This document shows positions 1 to 8,980 of a DNA stretch of 64,000 bases, piece by piece. Each line of letters starts with the position of its first letter. Position 1 is the stretch's first letter. Under the pieces are notes generated by a model, which worked only from the letters and a program-made list of their open reading frames with translations, had not been told where the DNA came from and ran no database searches. The stretch comes from Paludibacter jiangxiensis. GTDB lineage: Bacteria; Bacteroidota; Bacteroidia; Bacteroidales; Paludibacteraceae. The stretch covers positions 428-64,427 of the forward strand of contig CAMDGD010000006.1 of the NCBI GenBank assembly GCA_945897785.1, read 5' to 3'. The position numbers and the translations under genes were made by a program.

Positions 1-564
1 GACATCCTTTATACTGCAGGCATTTTACCTAACGGAGATACGCTTCATGTATTTGTAAATCATTTCCCGTCCAGGTATGGGGGACAGAAAAAATCGGAAC
101 CCAAAAGAATATATACTGCAGAATTCCTTAAATCTAAAACTGACAGCATTTTCCTTCAGTCGCCATACGCAAATATCATTATCATGGGGGATTTTAATGA
201 TTATCCGCCCGATAATAGTTTGACATTAAGCTTACAAGCTAAAATGCCCAGTGATAGCATACAAAAAACAAGCTTATACAATTTAGCCTATCCTTACCAC
301 AACAAAGCCAATATCGGTTCTCACAAATATAAAAGTAATTGGGGTATGCTAGACCATATCATTGTTTCGGGCAATCTGCTTTTAGAGACAAATACGGTAT
401 ATATAAAAGATAAAAAAATGTACATTTGTCAGGAGCCATTTTTACTCGAAGATGACACAAAACACTTTGGCAAAAAGCCTTTCCGAACTCATATAGGTAA
501 AATATATCATGGTGGATACAGCGACCATCTTCCGGTATTTATAGATATTATTATTCAACAGTAA
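1..564 (+). CDS. endonuclease/exonuclease/phosphatase (EEP) family protein, C-terminal part (5' end lies outside the window)
   Basis: Frame 1 is open from base 1 (DILYTAGILPNGDTLHVFVNHFPSRYGG...) and runs into tracked ORF 184..564. The blocks NHFPSR, IIMGDFN and SDHLPV resemble conserved EEP-fold catalytic blocks. Confidence 0.7.
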   Translation, partial: DILYTAGILPNGDTLHVFVNHFPSRYGGQKKSEPKRIYTAEFLKSKTDSIFLQSPYANIIIMGDFNDYPPDNSLTLSLQAKMPSDSIQKTSLYNLAYPYHNKANIGSHKYKSNWGMLDHIIVSGNLLLETNTVYIKDKKMYICQEPFLLEDDTKHFGKKPFRTHIGKIYHGGYSDHLPVFIDIIIQQ

Positions 565-1293
565 ATGCAACAAATGAAAGTTCAGCTTTTTATTCCTTGT
601 TATATTGATCAGTTATTTCCCGAAACAGGCTTTAATACAATTAAAGTGTTGGAAAAAGCGGGTTGCGAAGTTGTGTACAATACTCAACAGACTTGCTGCG
701 GTCAGCCTGCATACAATAGTGGTTATTGGGACGAAAGTCGTAGTCTAGCCAAAAAGTTTTTAGCAGATTTCAAGGATGATTTTCCTATTATTACCCCATC
801 CGGCTCTTGTGCAGCTTTTGTCATTCATCATTATCCTCAATTGTTTAAGGAAGAAAGTGCTATTCAACAAGATTGCAATCGTATTGGTAAACAACTATTT
901 GAAATAACTGATTTTCTGGTAAATATATTGAAGTTTGATGATTTTGGTGCTGTTTTCAACCATAAGGTTACTTTTCACGACTCCTGCTCTGCCCTACGAG
1001 AATACGGTATTAAAAATGAACCACGACAATTATTGGCCAAAGTCAACGGGCTGCAATTAATTGAAATGGAAGAAGCTGAAACTTGTTGTGGTTTTGGAGG
1101 CACTTTTTCAGTAAAACATCCTGCAATATCAACGGCAATGACCGACAAGAAAACGATTGATGCCATTGCTACAGGTGCCGACTATATTATTAGCACCGAG
1201 GCTTCTTGTTTAATGAATATCAATGCTTATTGTCAAAAACAAAACCTCCCTATTAAAGGAATACATTTAGTAGATATTTTAGCTTCGTTTTAG
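565..1293 (+). CDS. lutA: LutA/YkgE-type (Fe-S)-binding oxidoreductase subunit with two CCG motifs
   Basis: 242 aa. It has the N-terminal block KVQLFIPCYIDQ and two cysteine motifs (TCCGQPAYNSG and TCCGFGGTF). No lutB/lutC follow; a terminator does. The start could be 565 or 574. Confidence 0.6.
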   Translation: MQQMKVQLFIPCYIDQLFPETGFNTIKVLEKAGCEVVYNTQQTCCGQPAYNSGYWDESRSLAKKFLADFKDDFPIITPSGSCAAFVIHHYPQLFKEESAIQQDCNRIGKQLFEITDFLVNILKFDDFGAVFNHKVTFHDSCSALREYGIKNEPRQLLAKVNGLQLIEMEEAETCCGFGGTFSVKHPAISTAMTDKKTIDAIATGADYIISTEASCLMNINAYCQKQNLPIKGIHLVDILASF

Positions 1294-1296
1294 CTA

Positions 1297-1336
1297 TAAA
1301 AAAAGCCATTTCAAAAATTTGAAATGGCTTTTTTTA
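1297..1336. terminator. bidirectional rho-independent terminator between lutA (+) and 1352..2191 (-)
   Basis: A-run, a 9-bp perfect stem (agccatttc / gaaatggct), then a T-run. Confidence 0.8.
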
Positions 1337-1351
1337 TAGTATTAATCTGTA

Positions 1352-2191
1352 TTATCTTCTCTTTTTAGATTTATCAAAGAGTTTGCTGTAAAAAATCTTT
1401 CCTGTAGTGCAATCGTACAATATTACTCTTGCTTTTAAACTAATCGGCAAATAACCAATATATTTTGATTTAACATATTTCTTTGATAATTGATCCGATA
1501 CTTGAAATATGGTTAGCAGTTTTAGTTTTTCACGGTTATTTTCCAAATATAAAGCATCCTCTTCGCTTAATACAGGTATTTCAATATACTTATTCTTTTT
1601 AACCGGCACAGAAGCAAATACCACTGTTTTATCATCAACCTCATCTGTACTTCTAGGGTTATATACAAAATCAGTTTCTTCTACCCAAACAGTATATAAC
1701 TTGGTTTCCATATCATATTTTGAAAGAAATGTAACCGGCTGGTCTTTATACGCAATGGTGTAATTCATTAAAAGGTCACCTACTTGCTTCATGGTGTCAA
1801 TACTCATTTTATATTCATCACTCATCGTATATACTTTATACTTTAGCTCCGAAGCGTAATGATCTCCTTTAATTTTGCTATCCATATAATCCCAGTTTTT
1901 ACTTACAATGTAGTAAGGTTTAATACCGGTTTTTTTGCGGAAAGAATTCCACCATGTATCATAATACGATGGCACACTGTCTTTTATCTCTCTAACGGTA
2001 ACATTGTCTCTGTTTAACATGTTTTGCAAATCGGCATCTGTTTTCATGTTAGCAACACCACATTGAGCTTGCAATAAGATAGGATGAGAAGAACACTTTT
2101 GCTTGCATCTTTTTGCACAAGGTTGAGCATAAGCTCCTTGAGCAACAAACAACAACATAATGACTTTTAAAAGAATTGTTTTTGTTTTCAT
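1352..2191 (-). CDS. hypothetical secreted protein
   Basis: 279-aa ORF with a signal peptide (MKTKTILLKVIMLLFVAQGAYA) followed by a Cys-rich stretch (CAKRCKQKC...QC). I recognise no family. Confidence 0.5.
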   Translation of the reverse strand: MKTKTILLKVIMLLFVAQGAYAQPCAKRCKQKCSSHPILLQAQCGVANMKTDADLQNMLNRDNVTVREIKDSVPSYYDTWWNSFRKKTGIKPYYIVSKNWDYMDSKIKGDHYASELKYKVYTMSDEYKMSIDTMKQVGDLLMNYTIAYKDQPVTFLSKYDMETKLYTVWVEETDFVYNPRSTDEVDDKTVVFASVPVKKNKYIEIPVLSEEDALYLENNREKLKLLTIFQVSDQLSKKYVKSKYIGYLPISLKARVILYDCTTGKIFYSKLFDKSKKRR

Positions 2192-2448
2192 ACGAATATA
2201 ATTTAATTAAGGTTTTTCTTACCCAAAGCATCTTATTTATTGCTGTCATTTGCAAAAAAACAAGCTGTGGGTTTGATACTAATTTACTTGTTATTGGGAT
2301 TATTAAAAACCCTTTTTATTTTACTAAATGCAAATATAGTTTTTTAATTGGCAAGACTAGCAATTTTTTAGAAACATTATGGCAAATGCTTTTCATGAAA
2401 TACAAAACTTTACATACCTTTACATAAACTTAAACAAAAATATAGATT

Positions 2449-2781
2449 ATGAAACCTACAGACGATTTATTGGTATTTGACGAAGACGCAGCTGTAAAAT
2501 ATATTTTTAATTTTTTGCCAAAAGAGCTTAAAAAAAATATTTCGGAAGATGAGATTGATTTTGTACTGGATGTTATGTACGAATACTACGAAGAAAACGG
2601 AATGCTGGATGAAAATTCTACCGAAGAAGCAGAGATTGATGAAAATGACATGTTTGCTTATATAGCCGACTGTATAAAGAAAAATAACATGGTACATATC
2701 ACCGACGATATACTACAGGCTATACTTGATGGTGAGTTTGCATACGGAAAATCTATCGGCGTATATAGGCTTGCAGAATAA
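2449..2781 (+). CDS. hypothetical small acidic cytoplasmic protein
   Basis: 110-aa ORF, strongly D/E-rich, with no signal peptide. It is divergent from 1352..2191. I recognise no family. Confidence 0.45.
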   Translation: MKPTDDLLVFDEDAAVKYIFNFLPKELKKNISEDEIDFVLDVMYEYYEENGMLDENSTEEAEIDENDMFAYIADCIKKNNMVHITDDILQAILDGEFAYGKSIGVYRLAE

Positions 2782-2821
2782 TTTTTTATCTCATTAAATT
2801 TTGCTTATTATACCTTTTTTA

Positions 2822-3712
2822 ATGCAACGAATACCTTTTTATATTTTTTATGGCTTTAGTTGGACAATAACTTGGCTTCCTTTATCTGTTTTATATAGAT
2901 TTTCTACCATCATTTATTACCTAATTTATTTCCTTGTTAAGTACCGTAGAAAAGTCGTTCGAAATAACTTGACAAATGCTTTTCCGGAAAAAGATATACC
3001 TGAAATAATTGCTATCGAAAAAGCATTTTACCGCCATTTGTGCGATTTTTTTGTGGAAACAATTAAACTTTTGCACATTTCTATAGACGAAATGAATAAA
3101 AGACTTTCGTTTACGAATATGGAAGTTTTTGATCGTTTTTACCGGGAAGGGAAAAGTGTGATTTTATATACGGCACATTATGGTAACTGGGAATGGGCTA
3201 CTTTCGGCGGATATGTTAACGAGAAAAAAAACAAAGGAAATATTTCTCGACCAGTTTATTTTGCGCTTAAAAACAAATATTTTGATGGGTTGTTTTATAA
3301 ATTCCGTTCTACCTTTGGTAGTGAACCTATTGAAACCAAGCAGGTTTTTCGAAAAATCATTCAACTCGAAAGAGAAAAAGCCTTATCTGTGTTTACCTTT
3401 GTTGCAGATCAAACACCAAACAGGGCAAATATTCATCATTGGATGACATTTTTAAATCAAGATACTCCGGTAATTACAGGTACCGAAAGAATTGCAAAAC
3501 AAACTGGATATGCAGTGGTATTTTTTGATATTCAACCTGTAAAAAGAGGATACTATAATATTGATGCTGTACTGATTTGCGAAGATGCGCGGGATTTAAA
3601 AGAATTTGAACTTACTGAAAAATACATGCGTTTGGTAGAGAAATCCATTCAGAAAAATCCACCTTATTGGTTGTGGACTCATAAACGATGGAAACACAAA
3701 CGGATAAACTAA
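2822..3712 (+). CDS. LpxL/HtrB-like lipid A (lysophospholipid) acyltransferase
   Basis: N-terminal TM helix, the HX4-type acyltransferase block YTAHYGNWEWA, and a C-terminal PYWLWTHKRWK. The tracked ORF begins at a TTG (2801), and I prefer the in-frame ATG at 2822. Confidence 0.65.
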   Translation: MQRIPFYIFYGFSWTITWLPLSVLYRFSTIIYYLIYFLVKYRRKVVRNNLTNAFPEKDIPEIIAIEKAFYRHLCDFFVETIKLLHISIDEMNKRLSFTNMEVFDRFYREGKSVILYTAHYGNWEWATFGGYVNEKKNKGNISRPVYFALKNKYFDGLFYKFRSTFGSEPIETKQVFRKIIQLEREKALSVFTFVADQTPNRANIHHWMTFLNQDTPVITGTERIAKQTGYAVVFFDIQPVKRGYYNIDAVLICEDARDLKEFELTEKYMRLVEKSIQKNPPYWLWTHKRWKHKRIN

Positions 3713-3716
3713 TACA

Positions 3717-4736
3717 ATGAAAACTGCTGTAGTCATATTAAATTATAATGGAAAGCATTTCTTAGAAAAATTTCTAAGAATACTAATCGACTATACGCCT
3801 TCAACAGATGCTTCTATTTTTGTTGCGGACAATGCATCTACTGATGACTCGCTGTCTTTTTTAAAACAACATTATCCAGAGATAACTATAATTACACTTG
3901 CTGAAAATTTTGGTTTTGCCGGTGGCTACAACAAGGCATTACAATCCATTGATGCCGAATATTATGTGCTTGTAAATTCCGATGTTGAAGTTAGCAAAGG
4001 ATGGCTTACTCCTGTGGTAAACTATATGGATAATGAGTCTAAAGTTGTAGCCTGCCAGCCAAAAATTTTATCCTACCATAATAGAACAAAATTCGAATAT
4101 GCCGGTGCAGCCGGAGGTTTTTTGGATAAATACGGATATCCATTTTGTAGAGGCAGAATGATGGGTGTTTGCGAAACAGACAGAGGTCAATACGATAGTA
4201 TTGAAGAAATTTTTTGGGCTTCCGGTGCTTGCCTGTTTATAAGAAAAAAAGCGTTTTGGGATGTTGGCGGCTTCGATGAAAGTTTTTTTGCACACATGGA
4301 AGAAATTGACTTGTGCTGGCGTTTAAAAGCAAGAGGAGGTAAAATCAAATGTATTCCGCAAAGCCTTGTTTATCATGTAGGTGGTGGAACACTAGATGCT
4401 GAAAATCCAAAAAAAACATACCTAAATTACCGCAATAATTTGGTGATGATATACAAAAATATGCCCAATGAACACCTTAATAAGGTATTGTTTTTAAGGT
4501 TCTTTTTGGATTATTTATCTGCCTTAGTGTTGGTTTTTTCTGGAAAAAAGGAAAATGCAAAAAGTGTATATAAGGCCAGAAGAGATTTTAAGAAACAAAT
4601 TAAAAACTATCGTTTAAAACGTAAGGAAAACTTGGAAAAAGCCAGCTCTGAAAGCCCTGTCGGATTGATTAACAAAAGTGTAGTTTATGCGTTCTATGTG
4701 CAAAACAAAAAACATTTTAGCCGTTTTATTTCCTAA
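3717..4736 (+). CDS. glycosyltransferase family 2 protein
   Basis: GT-A N-terminal layout (VVILNYNG ... ADNASTDDS ... VNSDVEV) and a conserved central block (ASGACLFIRKKAF ... GGFDE.FF.HMEEIDLCWR) typical of GT2 rhamnosyltransferase-like enzymes. Confidence 0.75.
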   Translation: MKTAVVILNYNGKHFLEKFLRILIDYTPSTDASIFVADNASTDDSLSFLKQHYPEITIITLAENFGFAGGYNKALQSIDAEYYVLVNSDVEVSKGWLTPVVNYMDNESKVVACQPKILSYHNRTKFEYAGAAGGFLDKYGYPFCRGRMMGVCETDRGQYDSIEEIFWASGACLFIRKKAFWDVGGFDESFFAHMEEIDLCWRLKARGGKIKCIPQSLVYHVGGGTLDAENPKKTYLNYRNNLVMIYKNMPNEHLNKVLFLRFFLDYLSALVLVFSGKKENAKSVYKARRDFKKQIKNYRLKRKENLEKASSESPVGLINKSVVYAFYVQNKKHFSRFIS

Positions 4737-4743
4737 TATAAGG

Positions 4744-5778
4744 TTAGGCTTCTTTCTTTTGCCGTAATTTTTGCTCCCATTTCCATGCTGATTGAAGTGT
4801 TTCTTCAATACTAAAACGTGCTTTCCATCCTAAAATCTTATTTGCTTTTGTTGCATCAGCCCATACTTGTTCAATATCCCCTTCGCGTCTATCAACTATA
4901 CTATAAGGCACTTTTACCTGATTCACCTTCTCAAATACCTCTATTAAACCCAATACAGAAACCCCTTTTCCGGTGCCAATATTAAAAATCTCAAGAGCTT
5001 CTCGCTGTTCTTTCTCTAACATTCGATTTACAGAAATAACATGAGCTTTTGCTAAATCAACAACATTAATATAATCTCGAATACAAGAACCATCGGGTGT
5101 GTTATAATCATTTCCGTAAACCTTTAATTCGGGATGTAAACCATTAGCCGTTTGAGTAATAAATGGCACTAAGTTGCTCGGAACCCCAATGGGCAATTCT
5201 CCAATTTCTGCCGATGGATGTGCTCCAATAGGATTAAAGTAACGCAAAATAATACTACTCATCGACGCACCTGAATGTATCACATCGTGAATAATTTCCT
5301 CGCAAATTTGCTTGGTATTACCATAAGGTGAAGTAGCCGGTTTTGTAGGAGAATCTTCATTTACGGGCAAACTATCAGGTTGCCCGTAAACAGTACAAGA
5401 CGAAGAAAACAAAATATGCTTAACATTATGAATAGGCATTAAATCTAAAATATTCATCAAGCCGTTTACATTATTTCGATAGTAAACAATTGGTTTTTGC
5501 ACCGACTCTCCTACTGCTTTGCTTGCAGCAAAATGAATAACTGCCCGTATTCCTTCGTATCGCTCAAAAATATAATCAAAGCCAACATAATCCAAACAAT
5601 CCAAGTTTTCAAAGCGAGGTTTAATTCCGGTAATCCGTTCAATTCCTGCCAATGTTTCGATGGTCGAATTAGATAAATTATCTACGATAACAACCTCATA
5701 ACCGGATTGTTGAAGTTCAACAACAGTATGCGATCCGATATATCCTAAACCACCTGTAACTAGTATTTTGTGTTTCAT
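4744..5778 (-). CDS. galE: UDP-glucose 4-epimerase
   Basis: 344 aa with the NAD-binding motif VTGGLGYIGSH, the catalytic SS...YGNTK (YxxxK) motif, and the overall GalE length and layout. Confidence 0.85.
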   Translation of the reverse strand: MKHKILVTGGLGYIGSHTVVELQQSGYEVVIVDNLSNSTIETLAGIERITGIKPRFENLDCLDYVGFDYIFERYEGIRAVIHFAASKAVGESVQKPIVYYRNNVNGLMNILDLMPIHNVKHILFSSSCTVYGQPDSLPVNEDSPTKPATSPYGNTKQICEEIIHDVIHSGASMSSIILRYFNPIGAHPSAEIGELPIGVPSNLVPFITQTANGLHPELKVYGNDYNTPDGSCIRDYINVVDLAKAHVISVNRMLEKEQREALEIFNIGTGKGVSVLGLIEVFEKVNQVKVPYSIVDRREGDIEQVWADATKANKILGWKARFSIEETLQSAWKWEQKLRQKKEA

Positions 5779-5790
5779 GCTATGCTTGAT

Positions 5791-6693
5791 TTACCACAAT
5801 TTTTTTGGGTACACACCCTTACGATTTAACTCATTAATACGCAAAATCACCAAGGGGCGATCTTCCATATATGTTACACCAAACCATTTCGAAGGTGTAT
5901 CTAACACCTTAACGGTGGCATTTTTTTGTTGTATCAACTCATTTACTACTGTTGGAATATAAAACTCCGACTTTGGATTTTGCGCATGTTGCTCTAAAAA
6001 AACCTTAAACAATAATAGCGAGAAATCAAAATAATCAGGCGTAAATCCCCACATATTCATCGACACATGTGTTCCTTCAGGAATAATTTGTTCTACACCC
6101 TTATTGTCTTTATAGGAAATAGCTCCCCCCTCTCTTTCAATTTTTTCCCGTTCAATAATAGAAGTAAGATATCCTTGTTCATCGGTAGAGCATACGCCTC
6201 GATTAACGGCGCCACTTTCTGATAAAGTATTTTCTATACGATAACCTATCATGCAATAATCTCCCTTTTTACCTGCAATTGACTTTAAATAATCGGCTAA
6301 AATTTGAAACGACTCCGTTCCGTAATAGTCATCCGAATTAATAACAGCAAAAGGCTCATTAATAACCTGTTGACCCATTAACACAGCATGATTTGTACCC
6401 CAAGGCTTTTCTCTTGTTGTGTCGTAACTAAATCCTTCAGGGATATTTTCTACTTCCTGAAAAACAATTTCAGTTGGTATAATTCCTTCGTATTTACGCT
6501 GTACTTTTTCAACAAATTCTTTTTCAAAACTATGACGAATAACAAATACTACCTTGCCAAACCCTGCTCTAAGTGCGTCATATATGGAATAATCCATAAT
6601 TGTTTCGCCGTTTGGTCCTAATTCATCCAATTGTTTTAATCCACCGTATCGACTTCCCATTCCGGCAGCCAATACAAATAATGTAGGAGACAT
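5791..6693 (-). CDS. sugar-phosphate nucleotidyltransferase family protein
   Basis: The N-terminal LAAGMGSRYGGLKQ is the GxGxR nucleotide-binding signature of NTP-transferase-fold enzymes. 300 aa, lying 12 nt upstream of galE on the same strand. Confidence 0.65.
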   Translation of the reverse strand: MSPTLFVLAAGMGSRYGGLKQLDELGPNGETIMDYSIYDALRAGFGKVVFVIRHSFEKEFVEKVQRKYEGIIPTEIVFQEVENIPEGFSYDTTREKPWGTNHAVLMGQQVINEPFAVINSDDYYGTESFQILADYLKSIAGKKGDYCMIGYRIENTLSESGAVNRGVCSTDEQGYLTSIIEREKIEREGGAISYKDNKGVEQIIPEGTHVSMNMWGFTPDYFDFSLLLFKVFLEQHAQNPKSEFYIPTVVNELIQQKNATVKVLDTPSKWFGVTYMEDRPLVILRINELNRKGVYPKKLW

Positions 6694-6728
6694 ATCTTGT
6701 TTTCTTTAATAAAAATTAATTAAGTCTG

Positions 6729-6736
6729 CAAACATA
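6729..6736 (-). promoter_or_regulatory. Bacteroidota -7 box (TAtgTTTG) for the nucleotidyltransferase-galE transcript
   Basis: The plus strand caaacata matches the TAnnTTTG consensus on the minus strand, 36 nt upstream of the ATG at 6693. Confidence 0.45.
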
Positions 6737-7056
6737 CAAAAAATACTTAGAAACTGTTTAAATTTTACAAGAAAAGGATTTGAGAGATAAAACGAGCTAT
6801 TTTTTGACTAAAAATTTTAATAATAGCGGGCTATGTGAAAAGAATATTGGTAAAATAAAGAGCCGTTTTAGGTTCAACTACTTCGTAGAAAAAATCTTAA
6901 ACAGGTTCTTACTTATTCAGAATAAAAATGTGTAAATTTAAGGCTTTTGTTACCCGAAATTCACTATGTGGGTATTTGCGAATATCCTGTTTTTATCTAT
7001 CTTTATCCTGTTTTTAATCTAAAAAAAACTATAAAATCAAAATAAATTTTAATTCT

Positions 7057-8799
7057 ATGAGCAACAATCAATTACTTGAGGATGTAACTCAAAAGGCACA
7101 AGTCTGGTTAAAGGGAAACTATGATGCCGAAACAAAAAATGAAGTTCGCCGTTTACTAGAAAAAGAGGATAAAACAGATTTAATTGAAGCATTTTATAAA
7201 AATCTTGAGTTTGGAACCGGAGGGTTAAGAGGAATTATGGGTGTAGGTACCAATAGAATGAATATTTACACTGTTGGAGCAGCTACGCAAGGCTTATGTA
7301 ACTATTTAAAAAAACAATTTTCGAGCATACCGCAAATCTCGGTTGTTATTGGTTATGATTGTAGAAATAACAGTCGCCTATTTGCTGATATCTCTGCTGA
7401 TATATTTTCTGCAAACGGTATTAAAGTCTATATATTCGATGCGCTTCGTCCAACACCCGAAATATCTTATGCCATAAGAGAATTAAATTGCCAAAGCGGC
7501 ATTGTACTAACAGCCAGTCATAATCCAAAAGAATACAACGGTTATAAAGCTTACTGGAATGATGGTGCTCAATTAGTACCTCCACACGACGAAGATGTTA
7601 TAAAAGAAGTAAATGCCATTTCTTCAGTTGACAACATCAAATTTACCGGAAATAAAGCCTTAATCGAAACTATTGGAGAGGCTATGGATAAAGAGTATAT
7701 TGAGCGAATTAAAAGCATCACCCTATCGCCGGATGCTATTATACGCAATAAAGATATGAAAATAGTGTACACGCCAATTCATGGTACCGGTGTAAAAATT
7801 ATTCCAGCTTGTTTAAAAGCATTTGGCTTTGGAAATATTATCAATGTACCTGAGCAAGATGTAGTTAGTGGCGACTTTCCAACAGTAATCTCTCCTAACC
7901 CCGAAGAACCGGCAGCACTTGAAATGGCTGTAAATAAGGCTATTGAGACTGATGCGGATATGGTAATGGCGTCTGATCCTGATGGCGATCGCGTAGGAAT
8001 TGCAGTTAGGGATGATGCCGGCAATTTTGTGCTGATTAACGGAAATCAAACGGCTATGATGCTAAGTTATTATTTAGCCCGCAGGTGGAAAGAATTGGGA
8101 AAAATTACCGGAAAAGAATACATGGTAAAAACCATTGTTACCACAGAAGTAATAAAAGAAATAGCCGAAAGAAATGGCATTGAATGTTACGATGTTTATA
8201 CCGGGTTTAAATGGATTGCTGAAATTATGCGAATGAATGAAGGTATTAAAACATACATTGGTGGTGGAGAAGAAAGCTACGGTTATCTTCCGGAAGATTT
8301 TGTGCGGGATAAAGATGCCGTTTCTACTTGTGCCATTTTAGCCGAAATGGCTGCTTGGGCAAAAGATAATGGAATGACCGTTTATCAGTTACTAAAGCAT
8401 ATATATGTTGAATACGGTTTTTCTAAAGAAAAAGGAATATCCCTGGTTAAAAAAGGAAAATCAGGAGCTGACGAGATACAACAAATGATGGCCGATTTCA
8501 GAGCTAATCCTCCACAAGAAATTGCAGGTTCCAAAGTTACTTTAGTTAAAGATTTTGCATCTTTAAAGGGCATTGATAATGGTAAGGCTTATAACATCGA
8601 CATGCGACTTACTTCTGATGTGTTGCAGCTGTTTACTGCCGACGGAACTAAAATTTCTATTCGCCCATCAGGAACAGAACCGAAAATAAAATTCTACATT
8701 GAAGTTAGAGCCGAAATGAATACGGTTGCCGATTACGAAAGCGCTAACGCAGCAGCTGAGAAAAAAATAATGGATGTTAGGGAATCACTGGGGGTTTAA
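7057..8799 (+). CDS. phosphoglucomutase / phospho-sugar mutase (alpha-D-phosphohexomutase superfamily)
   Basis: Phosphoserine loop TASHNPKEYNGYK, metal-binding site DPDGDR and sugar-binding loop GGGEESYG. 580 aa, PgcA-like in length. Confidence 0.85.
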   Translation: MSNNQLLEDVTQKAQVWLKGNYDAETKNEVRRLLEKEDKTDLIEAFYKNLEFGTGGLRGIMGVGTNRMNIYTVGAATQGLCNYLKKQFSSIPQISVVIGYDCRNNSRLFADISADIFSANGIKVYIFDALRPTPEISYAIRELNCQSGIVLTASHNPKEYNGYKAYWNDGAQLVPPHDEDVIKEVNAISSVDNIKFTGNKALIETIGEAMDKEYIERIKSITLSPDAIIRNKDMKIVYTPIHGTGVKIIPACLKAFGFGNIINVPEQDVVSGDFPTVISPNPEEPAALEMAVNKAIETDADMVMASDPDGDRVGIAVRDDAGNFVLINGNQTAMMLSYYLARRWKELGKITGKEYMVKTIVTTEVIKEIAERNGIECYDVYTGFKWIAEIMRMNEGIKTYIGGGEESYGYLPEDFVRDKDAVSTCAILAEMAAWAKDNGMTVYQLLKHIYVEYGFSKEKGISLVKKGKSGADEIQQMMADFRANPPQEIAGSKVTLVKDFASLKGIDNGKAYNIDMRLTSDVLQLFTADGTKISIRPSGTEPKIKFYIEVRAEMNTVADYESANAAAEKKIMDVRESLGV

Positions 8800-8825
8800 C
8801 TTGTGATATGGTATAAGTATAAAAA

Positions 8826-8851
8826 AGGGACTAAAATTTAGTCTCTTTTTT
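8826..8851. terminator. terminator after the phosphohexomutase gene (also usable by the convergent prmA transcript)
   Basis: An 8-bp stem (aggggacta-type, with one G.U pair), a 5-nt loop and a T-run, preceded by an A-run. Confidence 0.65.
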
Positions 8852-8980
8852 GTATATCAACTTTACTGTAGCAATATGCATTATCTAAAAAACAAAACGA
8901 GAATTTGCTCGCAGTTCTTCCAATCGGTAATTACGGCATCTATGCTGGTGTGAATCGCAAAAGTTGTTTTCATCATTTCT

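Noticed and set aside
565-1293. LutA-like gene as part of a lactate-utilisation lutABC operon
   Set aside because: A strong terminator follows immediately and no lutB/lutC are present in the window. I therefore make only the single-subunit family call and do not claim the pathway.
2176-2427. 83-aa plus-strand ORF filling the divergent intergenic region
   Set aside because: It overlaps the start of 1352..2191. Its composition is hydrophobic and low-complexity, as expected from AT-rich promoter DNA. It has no ATG start in a good context, and the region contains a minus-strand -7 box (caaatata, 2331..2338).
5164-5177. Sigma-54-like element tggcac-taag-ttgc
   Set aside because: The GG-to-GC spacing is one nucleotide short of the -24/-12 consensus. 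The element also lies inside galE on the antisense strand with no downstream gene to drive. Other tggcac hits (near 39372 and 56535) lack the TTGC half.
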